From: Eutreptiella sp. 'Long Island Sound 2002'
Lineage: Eukaryota > Protista > Euglenida
Direction of reading: 5' to 3'
Length of the DNA stretch: 64,000 bases
Assembly: GCA_964036045.1 (NCBI GenBank)
Contig: OZ038378.1
Location: 196,354,001 to 196,418,000, forward strand
Part shown: positions 12,101 to 25,400 of the stretch, in pieces
Layout of the letters: every line of letters starts with the position of its first letter
Position numbering within the stretch: position 1 is the first letter of the stretch
Translations under genes and position numbers: made by a program
The notes under the pieces: generated by a model
What the model saw: the letters and a program-made list of their open reading frames with translations, nothing else
The model's database searches: none
Told to the model about the DNA's origin: nothing

Positions 12101-15100
12101 CGCAGCACCGCACCCAGTGGTCGGGCCTCCTATCCGGTCTACAGGCCCGTGCCCACAATCTGGCGGCCGAGGGTTTGGGCATGGCGCAGGAGGGCACGTA
12201 CCCGTTCCCCGGCACGCTGGACGGGACGGCCCAACTCTTCTCCTCCCGCCGCCTGGTGACGGCGGTCCCACGGGAGCTGGACTGCCTCTATGCCCGGTTG
12301 GCGCCGCCGTCGATGACCTTCATCCGCGGCCCACCAGACGATGACCAAGCCCTGCAGGCTCGGGCCCAGCTGCTGACTGACGGCGGCGTGCTGTCCGAGG
12401 GCTTCCGGTTCGCGGCGTGGGTGCGCATGGCGCCCTAGACCCACACCTCCGAGCACGCGGAGTTCCATTGCGCGTACCGCTCGCAATTGTGCCATGGATA
12501 GGGCGACCACATTGTCCACACCGGCCCGGTGGTTCTGGCGGCAGCTCTAGTCAGCTTTCGGGCCGTGTGCCGCTGACTTGGGTCCCAATGGTATGCCGTG
12601 TAGTGGCGAGACACCTTGGGGGCCACGATCTACGACCGCGCCGGCCGCACCAAGGTCTGGCGGCTGGCACGCGACGAGGACGTGGTCGAGCAAGCAGAGA
12701 GTGCCAAGTGAGATGTAGCGGTCGTGTGGTCCGCGCTGGTATGCGCCAAGGACCCGCAGCCCTGGCTAGCCCGCGAACGGACAGCTCTCATGGAGCAGTA
12801 CCTGCGGGCGGCGGCCGATGGGGCGGTGCTTCCGCCGGCGGCCTGCTGGTCGCGCTTGATGCGCCCTGGCGGGGACGAGTGGCCCGTGGGCCTGTCACGC
12901 CCGCTCGCGGACGCGGGCACCCTGATGTGCTACGCCATGGGCGATTCCATGTGCGATGTGGCTGGGCCCCGCCCCGAGCCCGTTGGGTTGGGGGTGAGAA
13001 AAAACTGTGAGGGGGGTGGGCAGCCTGTTGGGCTACCTCATAGCTGGGGGGAATTGTTTGGCAAAAACTTTTCGCAGGGAAAATTTCGACGCCAAACTGA
13101 AAAACGAAATTTCCCCCACGAAATTGTCCCCGCACGAAATCCCCTCCCCCCCCCTGTAGTTGTCCCGCTACTCACAAGCGCTGCTTCTACCCCTTCATCC
13201 CTCCCATGCCGGCAGCGGCAATGCTCCACACAATAGTCTTCCACAAGACAGTGAGGATTGGATGGCGTTCATCATTGCTGATGCGGGAAATGTAACACAG
13301 GGCCAGGGGGCTCCGGATCACCAAGCGTCAACCATGGGTGCGTTGCATGTTCGGGCATTTTGCCAGTTGTTTCAGGGATTCACCGCACGTGCAGTGTGCA
13401 TTGGGCAGTCTCTCCCACTGCACACCGGGGGACGTGGGGGGCGCCGTTCGGGTTGTGGATTGGATGAGAGTGCAATGCCTCACTGTATGCACAACTGCAG
13501 CCACTGCCCGCGTAACGCCCACACCCCTGCCTTTACATCCGGTCACCCTGACATTCCCTCAGTAGCTCGCTACCAACCAAAGCTCCGGCGTTGTTGGGCC
13601 TGAGCCAGGGCAGCCAACGCACCCCAAAAGGGCCCTGCGAGGGGGGGGGCGGGGGGAGGTTTGCGTATCCGGGTCGCGGAGGCCCCCACGGTCTGGCGTT
13701 GTTCTGGGATGGACTGCCTGTTTGGGGTGGTGGGTTGTTGGCTGTGCTGGCCCCACCCCCCGCACCACCCGGGCGGATGTCCACACGATGCCCTTCAACA
13801 CTACAAGGGGCTGCAGCCACGTGTCAGCACGCACTTTCCAGGCAAAATTGGAGAAATCTCAGAAGATCTAAGAATTTTGACCCTTCTTCTGCATCCACAA
13901 TCTGCTGCACCCCCAAAAGGGTAAGAAACCCCATACATGGGGCAGGGGCAGGGATGCATTGGAAGGGGGGGAGCCCCCCCTCCAGGGCGCCCAGCCTATG
14001 CCCAGACAGTGTCTCCCTCACGCCAAGTGCCAGCTTCAATGGCATTTGCAACCGACAGTAACCGCCCCCAACCGCTTTGGCAACCTCCTCCAACCGCCTG
14101 TCGAACCGCTTCTGGGGCTGCCTTCTGAGGTGCCTTCCCTTCTCATGCATACCTGGGCATGGGGGGGGGGGGGTGGCACAAGGCCTCGGTATCTGATTGT
14201 TTGCCTTTTTTGGCGGCGTCTACTAGCCTCTCGCCACTGCTCATTCTGACCCTCTGTGTGGGGGGGGGGGGGGGAGGGGGGGTTGTACGGGGATTGTTCA
14301 GGTAGCAGCAGCCCCTGTCACAGTCACGCCCACCAGAGCACCAGCACGCCGCTCCGTCTCCTGCCGCGCGCTGGCGGCGATGCCTCCTCGTAGCCAACAG
14401 TACAGGGGCCCTCGTTCGCCTGCCCGAGGCGAACGTCACACTCCAGCAGTCCATGTGGCCTCAATTTCAGCCGGGAAAATGTTCTGGAGGGGAAATTTCG
14501 CCACCCTTGGAATCCCAAAGCTCTGCCTCACACACACCCGAACGTCCAAGCCCGTGCTCTGTTCAGAAAGATTTGCAAACCAAATCGCCACTGAAAGCAG
14601 CATTGGTTCACAACTTCTGGAAGAACCTGCTGTTCCACCCACCTGCTCAACAACCATGGACCCACAGAATGCCATTGGCAACTTCACTGCACTGCCGGCA
14701 GCCCTAAATTTCGCCGAGGGAAACTTTCGCCACCTTCCTCAAAGACGAAATGTTCCCACGATATCATCCCAGCATGAAATCCCTCCCCCGCTGTATTGCA
14801 CACAGCACCCTCCACGTGCCCTAGCTTTTGGATAGGGTTTGGCTGCACTCACGTGCTCCCAAAGGTATAATCGCCCACCACTCGACGTTGTCCTCTGGAT
14901 ACCAATTGTAGATGACTTGCGTCGCCCAACATCGGCACCTAGTCAACGAATTCCTGGACGCAACGGAGTCAGCATTTGGCCGGGATGGGTTTCTGGTGTC
15001 ACGTCATGAATGTACTAATTGTCAGGTGATTACCATCATCATAATCCAATGGTCAAAACAAACAAGAAACAAGAAGGGGTGGAAATGGGTGGAAATGGAT

Positions 15101-15589
15101 AACAAAGTAAAGAAGGGTGAAAAGCCATCTCAACCTTTTTCAATAAATAAGCCCCAAGTAGGTCGTACCAAGCAACAACAATGCCCCTGATACCACATAG
15201 TATTGGTCTCTGGGACGGCGCAGCATGAAAAGTATCCAGGATGCGCCACTCAGCCCCCCCCCCCCCCAGAAGTCAGCCCTGGAGCTGCCAAGTCAGCTCC
15301 GCCCTGTGAAGAGGCAAGTGCATTGCATTTTTTTGTGAACTGGACCACACTTAAACTGTCCAAACCGCACACATGCCGTACTTTCCAGGACACATACAAG
15401 ACGTGATGAGGGTCTTGGAGGTAGGAATATACTCCGCGTCAAGGATACTGCCCATGTGCACCTGCGGAAGCTCCCGGTGCACAGAGAAATCGTCCGGATT
15501 CAACACCTTGCCCTTGGAGTTCTTGAGCGCAGTGAACACCTGCAGATTAACACACATCAAGCACGTGTTGACCCAGTACATACATATAC

Positions 15590-15623
<34 letters not shown>

Positions 15624-18600
15624 TTGTATGTGTGCCTGGTACGACATATGGTTCACACCACTATACCAAATCTGGTTCTAAAGGTGGCAAAGGTGAGCAC
15701 GGATGCGGACAAGGTGGCTGAGGGTATCGCAGACATCAAAACTGAAGGGGATTAGAAAGATCTCGGAGCAACTGACGGCTTGGGTGAGGGATTGAACTGT
15801 TAATCTTCGGTCCGCGAGACAAACCTTTCTGTTCAACTGTCACTTCTCATGGCCTCAGTGTCATGCCTTTGCTCTGTGGTAAGGGTCGTGTACCCGCTGG
15901 GATTTGATTTATGCTTTGTTGTTCGGGGTAAAAGGGGGATATCAGAGGCTTGATATGGGATCTCCTAGGAGGGGACTGGTCCGAACCCAGACAAAGCGGA
16001 TTTTTCAAGTCAAATCACGTGTATGTGTATTTGCATGCATATGTGTGTGATGTGTATGTGTATGCGTGTGTGCAAGTGCATGTGTATGTGTTTGTGTATG
16101 TGTATGTGTACGTGTATGTGTATGTGTATGTGTGTGTGTATGCACATACACATACACATACACACACACGCATACACATACATATGGACATGTGCAGATC
16201 CACATACATTCACTTATGATCCTCCACCAGTGCTCTATATCGAGGTCAGACCCTGCGTGTGTGCGGGTGTGCGTGTTGATTGGTGGGTTGGTGGGTGTGC
16301 GTGGGTGGGTGTGGTGTGTGCAGCACCAGCGAGAGCGTAGCTCCCAGGGGAGGGTGACGGTGGCGGTAGTGTGTCTGGGTGCGCACAGGCTCCGCATCAC
16401 AACTCGTCACTTGTCAACTGCATCCTGACTCAGCCTCCACCAACGGCAGTGCACCTTTTGAATCATGGGGAGGTAGCGCATCTTCTTGATGACATGCTCC
16501 ACACCACTGTACAGCTCCACGGGGCCCACAAACCTGAGCAAGACAAGTGTCCTGCCGTGAGAGCCAAACCGCCCCAACGTAACGAAAAGCGCAGCATTCC
16601 AAGGGGCAGACGGTGTGGATGGCAGATGGGGTCGCAGGCGCGTGGGCTGCACTCTCCTTTTGTTTCCACTGCCCCGGGCATGTGGGCAGGGCTCCTTTCT
16701 AAAGCGGGGTGGGTCCAACGCCCCCCCCCCCCCCAGTGGTGCTGAGGTTTTTGAAGGCGCCAAAGGCGCCGAAGAAAATTTTGGTCTAAACTACTTGGCG
16801 CCGAAGGCTCCAGAAAAAGTCCGCCGAAGGCCGGGAAGAAAATTTGGCCCAATCTTTTCACCGTGCAAGGGCTGGGGTGGTGGGCGGTGTGCCCCCTCCC
16901 CAAGCCCCCAACCCCAGCCCCATTGGTGCCGAGTTGTTAAAAGGGGCCCTGCATGTGGGAATGTGGAAAGCATGAAAGGCGGTCGCTTTGCTGGGCGGAT
17001 CCCTCAAAGTGGGCTCACAACCAGCTCTTCAACAAGTCTGCTTGGAGGCTACTGATGACAGCTGTGAGCCCACCGACGGCGATTTGACACAAGGGACTGC
17101 GGTCAGACTGTGCGACGGTGCGACTGCGTGACGGGTTGGAAGGATCACCTGAAGGCCGAACGACATCCAATTGTAAGCGCCCCTGAGTGTGGCACAACAC
17201 GGGGATTGACGGGCACATGTGCAGGGCGTACAAAGCGGGGTTACTCGCGCCGCGCGCGCACCGCACGCTGCTTTTACAGTGTGTTTTCCCGGAAAGGCCT
17301 CGGCTTTCCCCCCTCCTAAAATGGCCCCTACGGAGAGAAAACCCCTTGGTGGTAAGCACGTTTGCTTGGTCGGGATAGGTGGCCAAATCTCCGCGCCGCG
17401 CGCGCGCCGCGTCAGGTGCTCCCCCAAAGGGGTCAAAACTTTGCCTGGCGACTTTCCCTTACTGTGTGACGCCCCGTTGGGTGGACAGGAAGGCATGGGT
17501 GCTACCGACAGCGACAGCGGTTGACGCTTAGACGGCGGCAGCCGGGTGTCGCACCCAGTCATTGTTTACAAAGAGGGGGGGGGCTCAGGGGGTGGTTTGA
17601 GGCCACCCCCCACCCAAGATCAAAGCACCCACTCAGACCAGACCCTGCCTCTTGTATAAACATTTGAGGGGGGGTTAAGGCTGTTGGTATTGCTGCTGCC
17701 GCTACTGCTGCCAACAGGGTTCTCCTTCTTCACAAAAAAAAAAAAGCTGAAAGCGTCTTTCTGGTTTGCTGGCTTTTCAACCGTTTTTTGTGTAGGTCAC
17801 TTGTGCAGTGATCACGTTCAGCCTTGTCGACATTTCTCCACACCCACATCGGTACTGGTCAGGTTGCATACCAAAACAAAACCAAAGAATGAGGTCTGCA
17901 GGGGGGAGGCCAGCACAAAGGGGTACCCACATTAACCAGGGTTTCCCACTGATTCGGAACAAAAAATTTTTGATTCGGAAATATTCGGAAATATTCGGAT
18001 TGTAAAAAAAACACGCTTTTGCTCTGTGTAAATGCCCGTGGATATCCTCTGGATGTTTGCTGTTCACACCACAGGTCCCATACTCCCAATTTCTGCACCC
18101 TGAATTTGCCACAGTTTGAATGAGCATGAAACCCGGGAATTAATCACAGAAACGTACAACAACCAGCGCCGAGTAATGTTTTCCTTCTTCACAAACCTCT
18201 GCTCATGTCATCTGGAAATTGAGCAGCCCATTTGGCTGCAGTCATATGTTTGCCACGCTTTCTTGCTTGCGATGGTTGTTTACCCGATGGTGCTGGTTGT
18301 TGCTTGCTCTCATGGAAATTCATCAGGTGTAGGCACAGGCATGGATGTGTTGACAGAGCTGAAAAATCGGGGGGGAAGGAGTGTGCACCATACCCATATT
18401 ACATCCCCCACAACACAGGAGACCCTCCCCGTATCCCCCAAAAATCCGAATTCACCCTTCTCATATTCGGAAATATTCGGATATATTCGGAATATTCGGA
18501 ATTAGCAGGTCCAGCTCTGATTCGGAAATATTCGGAAATATTCGGAAATATTCGTTTCCGAATGAGCGGGAAACCCTGCATTAACATAAGGGGGGGGGGG

Positions 18601-20579
18601 TCCTAGAGTGCAGACCCACCCACTCAAGCCATGATTATAAGACGGGGAGGGCGGGGTCCCAAACTTTTGGCCCACCCACCCAGGCTGGGGCACCCACCCA
18701 AAACACCCCCCTTCCGTATTGATTGCTTAGATTTCAACGATGCCTGGTTACACCACAGCAGTCCCGCCTCCATGCCCCTCATACTTGTAATCCTCAATGA
18801 CCTGCTCCTGGTGCACGAGGTTCTGATTCAGCGTCACGTCGACCATGGCGTTGGTGAAATCCTGCCATCGGATTTTGCGGCGCTCATCACGGTCGATCAT
18901 GTTGAATAGATTCTCGACCTCCATGGCAGCGTCCCCGCCGTTGATGTTCTTGACAATGAAAGGCATTACGAGCGACCGAAACTGCGGCAGTGACAGTTCG
19001 CCGCTGGTCGCTGCGGCTTCCTCGAAGACGTGGCACAGCCTGCGAACGGGACGCAAAGCGCGGTAAACTGAAGGATGCCTTGAAATAGGGTTCTTTTCGA
19101 CAGTAAATCAGCGCTGGAGACCAGTCAACCCATCCGTTTTTGCATTCCAAATACGAGGGGAGGGGGGGGGGGGAATTTTGGCGAGGAAAACTTCAGCAAA
19201 GGAGGTTTTGGCACACCCATTGCAATTACTGTGCCCCCCATGGTGGCGGGGGGGCCATTACAGACAGTAGGCCTGTTCACATCCATTGGAGCAGAGGACG
19301 GGGTGGGAAGGGGGGGGGGGGGGCTTTGGGGGAACCCCTCTTTACAATTTTTCCATTCTAATGCGTCCCCGGGGTTGAGGACTCTCCCTGCACCTGTTCT
19401 TCCCTTCGCATGTTGCGTCGGGTTGCTGCTTTCTGTCGGCCGCTGCGGCCGGTGCTCTTGCTGGTGTCGTTTCAGCGTTCGCGGAGCCCAGTAGTTGGTG
19501 TGTTGGGGCTGTGCTGAATGTGGCATGGTGTGCCGTTTGCGCGTCAGCGGCGCCCAATAATTGGCGTATTGAGGATGTGCTGGTTGTTGCCGGGGTCGTT
19601 TGACTGTTTTTGCTGTCCACGCGCCTCTGTCCACAGGCCGTCCATAGCCTGCCTCGCTGTGTTTCTGTGTGCGTGAGGCGCAGGTGCCCTGCTCCTCCAT
19701 GCGCTGTCCCGGCCGTCCACCATATGTCCTTTTCCCCCTCACGGCTGGTCTGCCCCTGATGGGCTCCCGCACCTGTTGCGCAAACAGCCCATCTGGGCTG
19801 CGGGAGACGCCCCCCACCTGATGCCGGTTGAGCAGGGGTTACCCTGGCACCCGGTAGCGACGGGGCTGGCTGGCCAAGCCATCCCCTTTATTGTCGCTGC
19901 CTCCCATGCACACACTCTGCCATCCGCTCCATTCTGGTTCCCTGTTCCCGCTGTTCTGCTTGCCTCTCCTGCCTTGCTGTGCCCCTCCTCCTTGTCTGCT
20001 GTGCTCGCCCTTGTCCCTCCTGGTGTGGCTCCCGCGTTCTGTGTGTCTGTGTTGCTCCTCCCCCTGTTTGTTGGCGCTCCTGGGTGCCCCTGTCGCGCAC
20101 CCTCCGGCGGTGTTGGAAGCCCAGGGCGGAAATTGACCCTCGCCGTCATTGTGTCCAACTGCACTTTTGTAATCTGCGCTGTCTCCGCCCTTTCACTACT
20201 GTAAAGAGGGCCCGACACCCGCATGAAGTGAGTGGGCACGGATACTGCCCCCACCCCGCCCTGCCCCCGGTGGTGCAGCATGTAGCCTCATGCGTCATCT
20301 CTAGTGCTCGAACGCTTCATGACCCATTCTACCCACTCCATTGCCGCAAGCATAAGTACCGTACCTATGGCCCCTAAGCAAAGGGGAAAGAGGCTTTATC
20401 ACGTGCTCAGGTGAACAGGGAGGGGTGCCATTCAGGACCCTCCGGCGTTCTCAAGGTGTGCACTCTCGTAAGAGCTCAGAAATATATGTTAGAGGCCGAG
20501 TGTGGGTGAGGAAAAGGGCGGGCAGCACATACTCTGCGAAATCATGTTTGTCAATCCTCTGCAGCGCGTGAGACAGCAT
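6167..20579 (-). CDS. EF-hand + WD40-repeat protein (WDR49/WDR64-like architecture), multi-exon, partially resolved
   Basis: In-phase GT-AG exons (minus): 20579-20533, 19039-18785 (EF-hand-like LFNMIDRDERRKIRWQDF), 16533-16455, 15539-15398, 14938-14853, then unresolved exon(s), then 6565-6438 (GDRNGDVSVW...IHNDTVTDLLF) and 6331-6167 (LIATSSLDATLALQD...FQGHKKGIHCL...ILSAGYE). The last donor (GTATGG) implies further exons toward or beyond the left end, which were not found. Confidence 0.8.
8369..8820 (+). repeat. tRNA-derived SINE-like repeat with a partial tandem duplication
   Basis: A box TGGTCTAGTGG (~8406) and B-box-like GGTTCAGTTCC (~8450). The segment GTTTTCCATGCACAAACAAAG...GGGTGTGCAGC occurs twice (~8515-8610 and ~8725-8820), and CATGGTCCCTGAG begins both units. 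Confidence 0.5.
10236..10410 (+). repeat. Dispersed MITE-like repeat (second copy at 16705-16870)
   Basis: Shared GGTGGGTCCA.C(C)n..GTGGTGCT...CCAAAGGCGCCGAA...GGAAGAAAATTTGGCCCAATCTTTT. Confidence 0.6.
10420..13000 (+). mobile_element. Degenerate non-LTR retrotransposon (RT domain plus downstream region), antisense within a WD40-gene intron
   Basis: Frameshifted and stop-containing RT motifs: PYKLRHGG...SQGLGYFSKVSE, VTFSDDRHHF (YxDD), EGFMLTGVPL, and the typical post-RT VPRNVP*ALLWMPASDGGFSFPHL. Further degenerate ORFs at 11848-12438 and 12724-13000. Confidence 0.7.
17937..18578. mobile_element. MITE with CAGGGTTTCCC TIRs and a 7-bp TSD
   Basis: cattaac|CAGGGTTTCCCAC ... GCGGGAAACCCTG|cattaac, with subterminal ATATTCGGAA tandem repeats at both ends. 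Confidence 0.8.
19393..20105. repeat. Dispersed repeat family with a shared TGTGACATTCCGTC terminus (retroposon-like), copy 1
   Basis: Highly similar segments at 23125-23335, 51165-51280 and 60083-60815. Three copies share the same terminus and are truncated at variable points on the other side. Confidence 0.75.
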
Positions 20580-21689
20580 GGCCTGTGTTATGCAGAGGCT
20601 GCTGGCGATGGGATCCGCGCAGGCGGACCCATGGCACGTAGAGTGTCTCTTGAGGAAGCAGCTGTGCCTCAGAGGCACATGTGATCAATGTTGCTGCAGC
20701 CACGCACGCAGGCATACATCATAAAGCACTGCAGAACAGCGTCGAGCAGTAAACCCAAAACATGAGTTCAAGCCCTGCAGTAGTCCGAGCCACAGGACCC
20801 TAACTTTCCCTGACTGAAAATAGGATTCCCATGACACATTCGCTTAAGTGGGAGGCTGTGGATGGGCTAAATGCCGTTGGCATTGGATTTTGAGCAATGC
20901 AGCCCGAAATCTTTCTTTGGGGCTGCTTGTGCTGAAAACACTCTGTGTTCTGGGGGCCATTTGGGGGCCTTTTGGGGCTTTTTGGGGTCTCCGTGCGGGC
21001 ACATGACGGAGACAGAAGGCAAAACAGCCTTCCTTAACACAAGGTAAGTTGCTTCGGTGAAATCAAGACTGCTTCCTGTTCTGTAGCCAATTTGGGCCCC
21101 TTGTGGGCCAATTTTTGCCAGAAAAAGTCCAAAATTGCACAGGGCAGACTCCCAATTCGCGGCCGGCACCCTTGCCGAGGCCATGCATTTTCGGCTCAAT
21201 CTTCGGATTTGGCAGGGCCCATTGTGATTGTCCAAGCTTCTAGGCCTGTGGCCAGCGACAGGCCGCTGAGTCACAGCAACTGACAGTATGGATCAGTGAA
21301 ATGTTTGCTTGCTTGTTCTTCCTCAGCTCCCTGATGTACAATATATCATCTCATAACTGACTGTTAACACTGCTCAACGGCACAGAGAGGCATTAGCACA
21401 TAACAATATCATGTGGTGTTGAGGAACACCCATGGAGTACAGGCCACTGCTAATGCAAGTGTTCCCATTCTTCATTATTCATCACCACAAGGTTGCCCAA
21501 GGCAAAAAATGGTGGTCAAAACATAGCAAAGGAAGGCGGGACTTGGAAAAATGGGCATCAAAGGCCACTTTCAAGGCTGATTCTGGTCATGTTGCGGCAT
21601 CTGTTCCCGGCTAGCACACTTGCTAAAAGGGGCAGCTCCCGTACTCCCTGAAAAAGGTTGTGGATAGAGAAGGGCAAGGCTCCCTCCAG

Positions 21690-22450
21690 GTCATTGAGGA
21701 TTCCTCTAGGCCAGTGAGGATTTCTCCACGTCAACAAGGATTCTTTTGGGTCATTGACCATTCTTCTAGGCCAATGAGGATTCCTATAGGCCATTGGAGA
21801 TACCTCCACGCCAATGGAAATTCCTCAATGGCCCAGAAGAATCCTCAAAGGGTCACAGAAATCATCAATGGCCCAGAGTAATCCTCAGTGGCCTGCCAAT
21901 GACTCCTCTAGGCCATATAAGATTCCTCTAGTCTATTGAGGATTCCTCTGGGCCAGTGAGGCTTCCTCTCGGCAGTTGAGGATTCCCCTTGGCGATTGAG
22001 GATTAGTCTGGGCTATTGAGGACTCCTCAGGCCCAATGAGGATTCCTTCAAGCCAAGGAGAATTCCTCTACGCCATTTAGGATTCCTCTTAGCTATTGAG
22101 GATCGCTCTAGACCATTGAGGATTCCTCTAGGCCTAGAGGAATCTTGAATGACCCAGAAGCAATCCTTATTGGCCAAGAGGAATCTTCGACGGTCTGAAC
22201 GAATCCTCAATGGCCTAGAGAAATCCTCATTGGCCCAGAGGAATCCTCATTGGCCTAGAGGAATCCTCATTGGCCTAGAGGAATCCTCAATGGCCAAGAG
22301 GAATCTGCATTGGGGAATCTGCATTGGCCTGGAGGAAGCCTCAATGGCCAATGAGGATCCTCAATGGCCAATGAGGATCCTCAATGGCCATTGAGGATTC
22401 CTGAATGGCCATTGGGGATTCCTCTAGGCCAATGAGGATTCCTCCAGGCC
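21690..22450. repeat. 20-bp minisatellite (GAGGATTCCTCTAGGCCATT-like), about 38 units, with internal orientation switches
   Basis: Degenerate tandem units. Orientation flips near 21820, 21900, 22130 (palindromic junction GATTCCTCTAGGCCTAGAGGAATC) and 22350. Confidence 0.9.
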
Positions 22451-25400
22451 CCACCACTGATCCGTCTGGCCATATCTAGACAAGGGGGCCGGACGGAGGG
22501 TGGGGGGTTACACATGCACAGAAAGCGCTTCCCCATGCCGATGTAGATAATCTTGCCCACTTCCTTCTCCCCTGCCCCTTCCCCTTTGTAACAATGGTCA
22601 GTGAAGCAAGCAAAAAGACAGACACAGACAAACAGACCAATGGCACAGGTATGCCGCCATCCAATATAAAAGCACCAGGAGGCTGTGCCAGCACGTGATG
22701 GCCCACGTCAGCCAGCAAACTTGTATCAAAGTTACCAGCGAATGCACCCAGACTGCCGCGACATACTTTGGTAGACTATACGCTATCAAGCCCCGCACAT
22801 GCCATGCCCTGCCATGCCCTTCCACGGCCCGGGTGGTGTGGACGTCCCACATTCACAAGCACACCCGCACGTTCATGTGGGAATGCGCGAATGTGACTGT
22901 TGATGTGCCGCCGTGCGGCCTGGCAGCACCCCTCGCCAGGGACCCCAACTATTTTGACTGGCACTGCACTGTCCAACCATGCGCTTATTGTACCAAACCA
23001 TCATAGACATACTTTCTATCTGTAACGACGCGAATGGCTTAAGGGTCTGGAAAAGCCCCAAGGGCCTGAATGCACCCACTCAGCTCTGCCGAGCTGGCTG
23101 CAACCAGCCACAGCCATTTGCCCCCCTGTGTGACATTCCGTCTGGTTGTTGTTTCTGTACGGGGCCCTGGACAGTCACCCGTTCTTCCCTTCGCATGTTG
23201 CATTTGGTCGCTGCTTTCTGTCGGCCGCTGCGGCCGGTGCTCCTGCTGGCGCCGTTTCCGTGTTCGCGGAGCCCAGTGGTTGGTGTGCCGGGACTGTTCT
23301 AGATGTGGCAAGATGTGCCGTTTGCGCGCAAAGGTCTCTGCCTCATTGGTCTCCTCAGGCTGCACTTCTTTTGCATAGTTCAGCAGCTTGCGTGCTGCCT
23401 TGCATTTCTTTCATCTTGAATATGTGGGCCTTGCTTCAGAAAGGCCCATGTGCACGGCGGCAAATTCTTTGCATGCAGGAAAGAAAGCATGCAGCATTGT
23501 GACGTCACTCAACATGAGCTTTACCCTTCGGCGTCACTGTCCTTGCATGCTTGGTATGTGTCTTATTCTTCATACCACTGTAAAGCTCAGAGAGGAAGGA
23601 AAACCCATGCCCTTGCCTCACAACCCTAGGGAAATGCCCCAACAAGGCTGGGGAAAATTGTTCGTGCTCCGCATCAGGTCATTCCTTCAACCCAATAGGG
23701 GTGTTGTTAAGGGCCATGAACCACTCACTAAATGGCTCGAGTTCAACCAGAAAATTGCATTGTATGCCTCCTAACTCGATGCCACATATTGTGTTGAGTT
23801 CATGACCTACACTATGGAATGTTTCTTGGTTGGTGGGTGATCTCCTACACCACCCCTATCAGATAAGTGTGGTTGACGAGAAGGACTCCACCAGCGAATA
23901 CATTCGAACCTGTAAAAAAAAAAGGAGCAGAGTGCATGCCCTTTTGTGTCTAAGAACTTGTGCCCTTCCGGTGAATCCGGCACACACCCACACAAACCAA
24001 ACAAACAGTGCCCTTGACGGTGCCTCACGGCTGTGACTTCCAGATCGCCATTGACGACTGGACTTCAATTTGTGTGCCTTCAGCAACCACAAGGCAGTGA
24101 AGGAAGGATTATGTTAATTAAGGAATACCCAGTGTATTTCCATACATAGTGAGAAGGAAAATTCCCTTTTCCTTTGATGTGTAGAAGCTTGATCAACATC
24201 TATACAACGGGGGAAGTAGCAAAGGTGGTTTTATGCCTTTTGATGATCCTGATTGGTTCTGCTAAAATTTGAAACATTTTAATGCAATTTGTCTAAAAAC
24301 TTGGCTGAAAATGCTGACTTTCTAGGTTTTTGTCTGATCAACCTCACATAGAAACATGCGGTCTTGAACTCCTCATACCCCTGAGTGAACATACCGACTA
24401 GTTTTTTACTGAAGGCTGATATGGTTTTGAGCACTTCTAACATGGTGAAAAATCTACATGCATTAGTCTATCTATCTTGTCTCAGAAGTCCTGCTGTCCT
24501 AATTGGGTGTGCACCTGGGTACTAAGGGCTTAGCCCATCTAGGTAGGATTAGCCTCATATGATGCAAGTGACATGGCAGCGGACTGTCCCGCCACATCTA
24601 TGCCACCACTGCAAAATATGGACTCAAATTACAAGGTGCACTGCGCACAGTGACCTTGGATGAGCGTTGAAGAATCTCACTGCAACTTTACTGTGTGAAA
24701 ACTATCCTTTTGACTATCTTTCCAGATATCATGTAACTCCTACCTGGTTTCTAATCTGCAGCCCCTTCCTGCTTTGTTATTCAGCTGTGATGGGGTTCTC
24801 GATGGTCTACTACTGATTTCGGTGCTCTGCTTACTTGCTGCTTGGCTGTCGGCCCGGTGTGCGTGTGTATTGCAGTGCTATGTGCTGCTCCGTCCCCCCC
24901 TTCTTTGTCCAAGAAACGGTGTGTAATTGGGGGGCACTGAGGTGGTAAATGGCCAGAAATTGACAGGCCCAATGCCTAGACAAGGGTGTTGCTTACACGC
25001 CGCACTGTGCATGGTGCATGTGGAATCGATCGGGGGTTTGAGGCGCAGAGTGGCAGCACACAACAAGAGGGTAGACAGATGCAACAAAACGGCACAAGAA
25101 CTGATCATTGGGAACATACAAGTTGGCACAGGCAGTTCCAAAACAATGGACATCAAGGGTTCACAGGCTCTGAGATGGAGCCCTTCTTGGTCAAGCTCTA
25201 TCGCATTTTGAATGTTTTGAGATGCTTCTTCTTGTTGCCCTTTACAGCACCCTTGTTCTTGCCCTATGAATTCCAACAGCCTTAAACGAAAGGGGGGGGG
25301 GTTCAAAAACACATTCATCTCAAAGTGACTGTGGATCATTTGGGGTGCAAAAAAAACCGTTGGTTTTAAGCCATTGGTGGCTACCTTTGGGTCTTTTTCC

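Noticed and set aside
13338-13565. WD-like peptide GDVGGAVRVVDW on the plus strand
   Set aside because: Opposite strand to the WD40 gene and no splice support; likely chance.
14170-14247. Ankyrin-like fragment MSSGERLVDAAKKGKQSDTEALC
   Set aside because: Too short, bounded by poly-G/C repeat elements, and no continuation found.
24238-24312. Possible C/D box snoRNA (TGATGA...CTGA)
   Set aside because: The boxes are short and expected by chance in AT-rich DNA; no terminal stem or rRNA-complementary guide was identified.
24878-25270. TPR-like peptide EEASQNIQNAIELDQ on the minus strand
   Set aside because: A single short resemblance with no supporting exons or splice phase.
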